Source: an uncultured Desulfurellales bacterium
Lineage (GTDB): Bacteria; Campylobacterota_A; Desulfurellia; Desulfurellales; CAZERD01
Direction: 5' to 3'
Assembly: GCA_964515405.1 (NCBI GenBank)
Contig: CAZERD010000003.1
Span: forward strand, 1 to 63,376
DNA: 63,376 nucleotides
Shown: positions 57,405 to 63,376 of the stretch, in pieces
Position numbering within the stretch: the stretch's first letter is position 1
How the letters are laid out: each line of letters opens with the position of its first letter
Program-made: the position numbers and the translations under genes
Notes under the pieces: model-generated
The model's input: only the letters and a program-made list of their open reading frames with translations
Told to the model about the DNA's origin: nothing
Databases searched by the model: none

Positions 57405-58610
57405 CTAAACCAGATAAAATTCTACCATGCTCCCCCTTTCAATCAGGGAAACCTGCTTAGGAGCAACGAAGAAAGCATCAGCTTGAGAGAGCGTCGTGAA
57501 GTCACCCGAACCGTGATAGTTCAATTCAGATATTACATAGCCAGAGTCAACAAAATCCACCTTACAGGGGACAAAATGAACCCTATCCGGCTTCTTTTTA
57601 AACTCAAAGTCTATCCTCCCCCGGTAGAACGGAGTTATAAAAGCACTGCTCCCCAACAACCTGGCAATCAATCTTTGAACGAAGAGCTTGAACACACTGT
57701 ACGTGGATACTGGGTTTCCAGGCATACCAACTATCCACTTCCCCTCACCCGACCTAGCCAAAACAGTAGGCTTACCCGGTTTCATCGCAACCCTCTGCGT
57801 CAGTATATGAGCTGATATACTCTTAAGTGCAGGAACAGCGAAATCCTTATCTCCAAAGGATGAGCCGCCCGTAATAAGAATAATATCACATTCATCCACA
57901 GCACGCGAAAGAACCTCTGTTATCAGATCTTTATCGTCCCTAACAATACCAAAGAACCTCGGTATCTGAAATACACTCCTTATCTGTGCTATAAGCGAAA
58001 AGCTGGATGAATCTCTTATTTGACCATCAGTTGGCATATCATGTATTTCTACAAGTTCATCTCCGGTCGTCACAATCCCTATGGTGAGCCTTCTCCTGAC
58101 GGGGATCTCAGCCATTCCAAGTGAAGCAAAAAGATTAATCATGCTTGGTGTTATTAACGTCCCCCTATCAAAAGCAACCTCACCCTTTTTAAGATCCTCT
58201 CCTCTGTATGCTATGTTCGCACCCATGCCAACTTTTCCAATAATTTTGACCCTATCCCCTTTAACCTCCGTCTTTTCAAACTCAACCACTGTATCGCAAG
58301 AGTCGGGCACCGGTGCACCAGTCATTATCCTCACACACTCGCCCTTGCCAAGCTCTACAGGTTTGTAATCTCCCGCGTAAACCATATCCCTGACCCTTAA
58401 CTCCAACCCCTCTTCTACATCTCCATACCTACAAGCAAATCCATCCATAGTGGCCTTATTAAATGGTGGCAAATCACACCCAGATATGACCTTATCGCAC
58501 ACCACCCTCCCAACAGCCTCATATATACCAACCTTCTCACATTCTTTTAGCTCTTCAGCAGTATCTATAATAGACAAAGCCTCTTCAAACTCAACCATCC
58601 GTTCCCCCAT
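57405..58610 (-). CDS. moeA: Molybdopterin molybdenumtransferase MoeA
   Basis: MoeA N/linker, MoCF_biosynth (ILITGGSSFGDKD) and C-terminal domains. The start may be ATG 58598 (MVEFEEALSII) behind GGGGGA. Confidence 0.9.
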   Translation of the reverse strand: MGERMVEFEEALSIIDTAEELKECEKVGIYEAVGRVVCDKVISGCDLPPFNKATMDGFACRYGDVEEGLELRVRDMVYAGDYKPVELGKGECVRIMTGAPVPDSCDTVVEFEKTEVKGDRVKIIGKVGMGANIAYRGEDLKKGEVAFDRGTLITPSMINLFASLGMAEIPVRRRLTIGIVTTGDELVEIHDMPTDGQIRDSSSFSLIAQIRSVFQIPRFFGIVRDDKDLITEVLSRAVDECDIILITGGSSFGDKDFAVPALKSISAHILTQRVAMKPGKPTVLARSGEGKWIVGMPGNPVSTYSVFKLFVQRLIARLLGSSAFITPFYRGRIDFEFKKKPDRVHFVPCKVDFVDSGYVISELNYHGSGDFTTLSQADAFFVAPKQVSLIERGSMVEFYLV

Positions 58611-59793
58611 AAATTATCTCTTCTCTCTTCTTGTTCACATATCTCCCCAAACCAACCCCGTTTCCAACAGCCACATCAAACGCTTCTTTCGTAATGTTCG
58701 ATCCGCTTACAGCAAACCTTATACCACTATTAACAATCTTTTTCATGCTCAGAGATGTCAACCTCCCAGATGTAACAAACAACACTTTACCAAGATCAAT
58801 ACCATTCAATAACGCATAACCTACACATTTATCTATGGTATTATATTTACTAACATCCTCGTTCACGAACAGAAGCTTACCGTCCTCTGAAAACAAAGCG
58901 CCACCATGATAGCCACCGACAGCGCTGTGTAGGTATATATTGTTGTTAAATACTATCATAGCATTTTTAATCATCTCAACGGAAGGTCTAAGAGAAACAG
59001 CTTTATCGCCCACGATGTAGGCTTTAGGAACAACCTCAGCATATAGCTTAAGCCCCTCCTGAACCATACTAACTTCATCATTCAACCCAACATAACCACT
59101 AGAGTACAAATACCCGTGCACTAGTTCCTTAAGGAACACAGGGGTAACATTGAGCGCGGCCACCTTTTTATTGTTCAGATAAATATCCATTTGCTTCTCA
59201 TAAACAAGGAACCTTTCAAACGCCGAATCTGCTCCACCAAGTATTACCGAGGCAACAGTTAAATCATATTTAGTATTAATGTTGAAAAGATTCGTGCAAG
59301 TTTTCCATTTAAGCACATCAACACCAAATGAATCTATAAGTTCCTTTATCCTTCTATTGCCACAGCCTTGATATTTAAAAAACTCAAACACCCTTCTTGA
59401 TAAACCAAGTGGAAGAGGCGTCCAATTACCCTCGCACTCAAACATAACAGCACTTGACCCACTTTCAAGGGTTTCAACTATTGCGTCCACCATATTCTTA
59501 TTCACAAACGGCATATCACCACTAAGAAAAACATACCCATCAGCTTCAACTTTTTTCATAACACTATAAACCCCACACAGAGGACCACCAAAGGGTTCTT
59601 CGTCTCTTATAAGTTCAATATCTCCAAATAGTTCATCATTAAACCTACCAGATACATAAACTGGGACCCCATACCTGTTCAACAATGTAATAGGATAATC
59701 TATAAGCCTCCTATTCCCCAGCAAGCTTAGCCTTTTATCTCCTCCAAACCTATAGCTTCTGCCCCCAGCCAACACGCAATAAACAAACCTCAC
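58591..59793 (-). CDS. Fusion of molybdenum cofactor guanylyltransferase (MobA-like) and an FdhD-like sulfur-carrier domain
   Basis: N-terminus VLAGGRSYRFGGDK (the MobA LAGGxSxRMGxDK motif). C-terminus GGYHGGALF, DVSKYNTIDKCVGYAL and VTSGRLTSLSMKK, as in FdhD. Confidence 0.7.
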   Translation of the reverse strand: MRFVYCVLAGGRSYRFGGDKRLSLLGNRRLIDYPITLLNRYGVPVYVSGRFNDELFGDIELIRDEEPFGGPLCGVYSVMKKVEADGYVFLSGDMPFVNKNMVDAIVETLESGSSAVMFECEGNWTPLPLGLSRRVFEFFKYQGCGNRRIKELIDSFGVDVLKWKTCTNLFNINTKYDLTVASVILGGADSAFERFLVYEKQMDIYLNNKKVAALNVTPVFLKELVHGYLYSSGYVGLNDEVSMVQEGLKLYAEVVPKAYIVGDKAVSLRPSVEMIKNAMIVFNNNIYLHSAVGGYHGGALFSEDGKLLFVNEDVSKYNTIDKCVGYALLNGIDLGKVLFVTSGRLTSLSMKKIVNSGIRFAVSGSNITKEAFDVAVGNGVGLGRYVNKKREEIIYGGTDG

Positions 59794-59797
59794 AACC

Positions 59798-60451
59798 TCA
59801 AGCCCCCTTCAACAGACCTTTCTTAGCCTTATCTGCGTATATATGGGCAAGCCTGGTCGGTTCTGGCAACCTATACCCAGCGACGAACATCTTCACCACC
59901 TCAAAACTACTTTCAAGGTCCACAAGATGCCCCACCGACAAAAATACTGGCTTAACCCCCCTTCTGGTTCTCACGACATATCCTATTACATCATTGCCAT
60001 CGTAAAGTAAACTAAAATCCCATTGTTTTTCTCCAACCTCCTTATAGCTCCCTATCAACCTGCTTTTGGCGCAACCTATAGACGGAACCCCGAGTATTAC
60101 ACCAAAATGGCTCGCCAAGCCCAACTTACGGGGATGGGCTATGCCTTGAGAATCAAGTATAAACACATCCGGCATAACCCTCAGGTTTTTAAAAGCTCTG
60201 TATATGGGAGGAAACTCTCTAAAAGAAAGAAAACCCGGTATATAAGGCATTCTTATAGAAGTTATGCCTACACTGAGATCCACAAGGCTTAATGCTCTGT
60301 CAAGTACACATATGGCGGCAAAAGCAGTATTGGTGTTCCTATCAAAAGCAACATCAACTCCGCCAACAAGTTCAACCTCACCCTCAAGTGGTTTCACAAC
60401 CACTTTTCTGGACAAGGCTTCCTGCACCTTAATGAGTTTCCCATAATCCAT
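59798..60451 (-). CDS. nfi: Endonuclease V
   Basis: GGVDVAF, PYIPGFLSFREFP and SVGH segments. 217 aa. Confidence 0.9.
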   Translation of the reverse strand: MDYGKLIKVQEALSRKVVVKPLEGEVELVGGVDVAFDRNTNTAFAAICVLDRALSLVDLSVGITSIRMPYIPGFLSFREFPPIYRAFKNLRVMPDVFILDSQGIAHPRKLGLASHFGVILGVPSIGCAKSRLIGSYKEVGEKQWDFSLLYDGNDVIGYVVRTRRGVKPVFLSVGHLVDLESSFEVVKMFVAGYRLPEPTRLAHIYADKAKKGLLKGA

Positions 60452-60490
60452 AGCTTGCCCCTTTGATGCTAATAATCTATAATCTCAATC

Positions 60491-61666
60491 ATGTTTGTCA
60501 ACAAAAAGAAGGTATGCCTCATATATAAAAAACTATCAAACTACGGGGGGCAGGAAAGATTCATACTAAACTTATACAACTACCTGAGTAAGAATGGATG
60601 GGATGTAGCTCTCATGGTGGGAAAAGTGGAGAAACCTATAAACGCAAGGAATGTAATCGCAGTACCTTACATACCGTTTCCCCCGTGGCTGAGAACACTT
60701 TCCTTCTCATTAAGTGCCTACATTCAGTCCAACACAATGAGAAAAAGAGGGTATATAACATTCGGCTTTGGCAAAACCTTCTGCACAGACGTATTCAGGG
60801 CAGGGGGCGGAGTTCATCTCAAGTACGCTCATCAGTCACTATTGAGGTTCAGAAACCCACTTTCCATAACCTACCACAGACTCAAGAGAATGCTTTCTCC
60901 CTACCACCACACTGTGCTCCTCATAGAGAAAATAAACTTCAAATGCAAAAGTACAAAGGTCTTTATAGCCCCATCAAAAATGGTAAAACAAGACCTCGTG
61001 GAATACTTCGGCATCAGCGAGAGCAGAATAACCGTTATATATAACGAAGTTGACAGATCAGTATTCAACAGCAGAAACAAAAATAAGGCAAGAAAAACGC
61101 TAGAAAGGATACTGGGTATACATGGATTTCTGTTTCTATTCGCTTCTACAAACCATATGCTAAAGGGCTTGGACTATCTGATTGATGCCTTCAAGGTTAC
61201 CATGCCTAAAATACCCTCCGCCAAACTATTGATAGCCGGTTCAGGTCAGGAAAAGTACTTCACAAGGAAGATAAGGAAAATGGGTCTAAACGGCAGAATC
61301 ATAGTACTGGGGAGGGTGAAGGATATGTCACTACTGTACCGTGGGAGCGATGTTCTCATCTATCCTTCCTTATTTGACGCTTCAAGCAACGTTGTAATTG
61401 AGGCCATGGCCTGCGGACTTCCGGTGGCAGTGAGCAAACACACAGGATATTACGAGCTGGTGGAGTCATCAGGTGGAGGAGTAGTAATAAACGATCCCAC
61501 AAATATAGCAGAACTCTCAGAGATACTTACAGATATATACAACAAAACACCAGCAGAACTCTCTCTGCTCGGAAACAGAGGTGAACAGTATATTGAGAAG
61601 ATAAACGCAAACCAACTACAAAGAATAGAGGAGATACTCAATGAACTTATTCCTGGTGGACCTTGA
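60491..61666 (+). CDS. GT-B glycosyltransferase, family 4-like
   Basis: C-terminal Glycos_transf_1 domain with SLFDASSNVVIEAMACGLPVAVS (EX7E region). Confidence 0.8.
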   Translation: MFVNKKKVCLIYKKLSNYGGQERFILNLYNYLSKNGWDVALMVGKVEKPINARNVIAVPYIPFPPWLRTLSFSLSAYIQSNTMRKRGYITFGFGKTFCTDVFRAGGGVHLKYAHQSLLRFRNPLSITYHRLKRMLSPYHHTVLLIEKINFKCKSTKVFIAPSKMVKQDLVEYFGISESRITVIYNEVDRSVFNSRNKNKARKTLERILGIHGFLFLFASTNHMLKGLDYLIDAFKVTMPKIPSAKLLIAGSGQEKYFTRKIRKMGLNGRIIVLGRVKDMSLLYRGSDVLIYPSLFDASSNVVIEAMACGLPVAVSKHTGYYELVESSGGGVVINDPTNIAELSEILTDIYNKTPAELSLLGNRGEQYIEKINANQLQRIEEILNELIPGGP

Positions 61667-62267
61667 CAATACACTCTACTCAAAGGATACAGGGGTATTT
61701 GAAAGGATAAACGCAAGGATAGACCTCTACATGGAAAGATACCTGAACATCCCACATGAAGAAGTACAACCGCTCAGAAACGCATACAAGATAAAATTCA
61801 AATCCACACTTCTGGGACTCATGAAGGACTACCAAATAGATCCTTTCCACTTTTTAGACTACGTTCATGATATAGACATAAATGGCTTACTCATGCCCAA
61901 TATAAAACTCAAAGAAAAATTGAAAGCAATAGACGCAAAGAAAATTATATTCACAAACGCACCCCGAAAGCACGCGGAAAGCGTTATAAGCACTATGAAT
62001 CTTAAAGGAATATTTGACGACATAATAGACATAGTTAGCACAGATTTCCTTGGGAAACCCTACATGCAAACATACGCTAGAATCAAAGAAACATACAACG
62101 CAAATAGATATGCCATGGCTGACGATGTTGAAGCAAATCTGCTACCTGCAAAAAAACTCGGTATGACATCAATATTTATCTCAGATAATCCATCACCTAT
62201 AGCGGATATAACCATAAAAAGGCTTGAGGAAATAGAACCAGAATTTATAAGAGCAACATTTCCCTGA
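61641..62267 (+). CDS. HAD-superfamily hydrolase, pyrimidine 5'-nucleotidase-like
   Basis: Motif I LFLVDLDNTLY, motif II IFTNAP, and motif III region ADDVEANL. Confidence 0.7.
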   Translation: MNLFLVDLDNTLYSKDTGVFERINARIDLYMERYLNIPHEEVQPLRNAYKIKFKSTLLGLMKDYQIDPFHFLDYVHDIDINGLLMPNIKLKEKLKAIDAKKIIFTNAPRKHAESVISTMNLKGIFDDIIDIVSTDFLGKPYMQTYARIKETYNANRYAMADDVEANLLPAKKLGMTSIFISDNPSPIADITIKRLEEIEPEFIRATFP

Positions 62268-63072
62268 CCACACTGGCAGCAACAACAGCGGAAATACCTG
62301 ATGTATCGTAATGTGGACTGAGCTCCACCACGTCAATACCAACCACATTGAGGTTGCTCAACCAATCTACAAACTCTATAAACTCCCTGTAGGTTATACC
62401 ACCCGGTTCTGGGGTCCCGGTACCAGGCAACACAGAGGGGTCAAAAACATCTAAATCAAACGTAATATAAACGTGTCTGTTCCCTATCCTATCAATACAA
62501 TCAGATATACCACCCAAAGAAAACATAAACATATTGGAATCCCTCAACGGGAGAAGCATATCTGTCTCTGTCAAACTCCTTATCCCAAACTGAAACAGAT
62601 TTTCAAAACCGATAACCTCAGCCACCCTTCTCATAACAGTAGCATGAGAAACCTTCTCCGACATGTAAGAATCCACAAGATCACTGTGGGCATCCACATG
62701 AATAACAACAAGATCATTATATTTCCTGCTGTAATTCTCAATTATGGGAAGGCTTATCAAGTGTTCACCCCCCAGAGATACAAGTTTCTTGCCCTTAGAT
62801 ATTACCTTCCCTGTAAATGACGCAATAATCTTCAGTATAAGGTCCTTATCCCCATAAGGGAGAGGAATGTCACCCATATCACATATCCTTAAAGATCTCA
62901 AATCCTTTCTTGCATAGGGGCTGTACGATTCTATGCTGTAGGAAGCTTCTCTTATAGCTTGGGGTCCAAAGCGGGAGCCAGGTCTGAAAGAAGATGTACC
63001 ATCATACCCAACTCCCACTATCACGATACCTGCCCTCTCAAAATCACTCGTTGCGCAGTAGTACCTATTCAT
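62245..63072 (-). CDS. speB: Agmatinase
   Basis: Arginase-fold metal motifs HVDAHSDL, FDLDVFDPS and GGEH. Directly downstream of pdaD. Confidence 0.9.
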   Translation of the reverse strand: MNRYYCATSDFERAGIVIVGVGYDGTSSFRPGSRFGPQAIREASYSIESYSPYARKDLRSLRICDMGDIPLPYGDKDLILKIIASFTGKVISKGKKLVSLGGEHLISLPIIENYSRKYNDLVVIHVDAHSDLVDSYMSEKVSHATVMRRVAEVIGFENLFQFGIRSLTETDMLLPLRDSNMFMFSLGGISDCIDRIGNRHVYITFDLDVFDPSVLPGTGTPEPGGITYREFIEFVDWLSNLNVVGIDVVELSPHYDTSGISAVVAASVVREMLLL

Positions 63073-63376
63073 ACCACAGTGTCACACAAGCAAACACAGC
63101 CCCATGATTCTCAACAACATGAGATACAGCAATACTCTCAATTCTCTCTACCTCATAGTCCCTGTGTGCCATACCCCATTCAACCATTTCCCTCACTATC
63201 CTTTCAGCTTCCTCACGATCCTTTCCCACAGACTCATATTCCATAATGAGCCCATTGAGGGATCTATCGCGGGGTATCCCCACCGCAACAGCCGCAGATA
63301 TTAATTCCCCCTTCCTACTTGAAGTTATAGCACTATAGGCCACTGGAACGAGCGCCCCGGGGGGTAAAATTATATT
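63065..63376 (-). CDS. pdaD: Pyruvoyl-dependent arginine decarboxylase, 5'-truncated by the window edge
   Basis: The frame stays open to the window end (no stop between 63343 and 63376), so the GTG at 63343 is not the real start. The C-terminal part (GIPRD...LIMEYES...AVSHVV) resembles PdaD. Confidence 0.75.
   Translation of the reverse strand, partial: NIILPPGALVPVAYSAITSSRKGELISAAVAVGIPRDRSLNGLIMEYESVGKDREEAERIVREMVEWGMAHRDYEVERIESIAVSHVVENHGAVFACVTLWYE

Noticed and set aside
1-63376. tRNA, rRNA, tmRNA, RNase P, group II intron, transposase/integrase, prophage or classical defence genes
   Set aside because: I scanned intergenic regions and ORF translations. I found no T-loop/acceptor-like or conserved ncRNA core motifs, and no recombinase, reverse transcriptase, nuclease-helicase or cas-like ORFs. 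A visual scan cannot exclude small or divergent RNAs.

Overview
This 63.4-kb window is mostly housekeeping and metabolic genes. It probably comes from a thermophilic anaerobic bacterium; that is an inference from A-rich coding strands, AGA/AGG/ATA codon use, Glu/Lys/Ile-rich proteins, and gene content such as FolE2, pyruvoyl arginine decarboxylase and ferredoxin-inserted MinD-type ATPases.

I saw no rRNA, tRNA, transposase, integrase or cas gene by eye.

Contents in order:
- Trailer end of a CRISPR array (1-222), followed by a 1.5-kb ORF-free, G-poor tract (223-1713).
- An outer-membrane barrel gene and a MarR/GNAT-like regulator.
- A long hut operon (hutH-hutG-SBP-hutU-hutI plus LivHMGF-like ABC components).
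- A four-gene operon: ODP-type di-iron sensor, sensorless MCP, membrane protein, cyanase.
- A divergent heat-shock locus (hspR-cbpA versus hsp20-clpB).
- pgeF-serS-galU-glcFD, sucCD, folE2, htpX, miaA, kup, and an OmpR-type two-component pair.
- A PAP2 phosphatase, a second G-poor ORF-free tract (36292-37025), a methyltransferase, a FadH-like flavoenzyme, metE, and a full-length MCP.
- pncA-mazG followed by a three-gene 2-hydroxyacyl-CoA dehydratase / benzoyl-CoA reductase-type radical enzyme set.
- A tightly coupled 13-gene minus-strand operon (49033-57317). It joins DUF5320, NifX-like proteins, two ferredoxin-inserted MinD/Mrp ATPases, DUF59 and a NifX-like::methyltransferase fusion to FeoAB, a polyferredoxin, ElbB, CsaA and a DUF3783-like protein.
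- nfi, a mobA::fdhD fusion, moeA, a glycosyltransferase, a HAD nucleotidase, speB and a 5'-truncated pdaD.

Best candidates for undescribed biology are the 13-gene iron/Fe-S operon and the two strongly G-depleted non-coding tracts. All calls come from reading the sequence and ORF translations by eye, with no database search.
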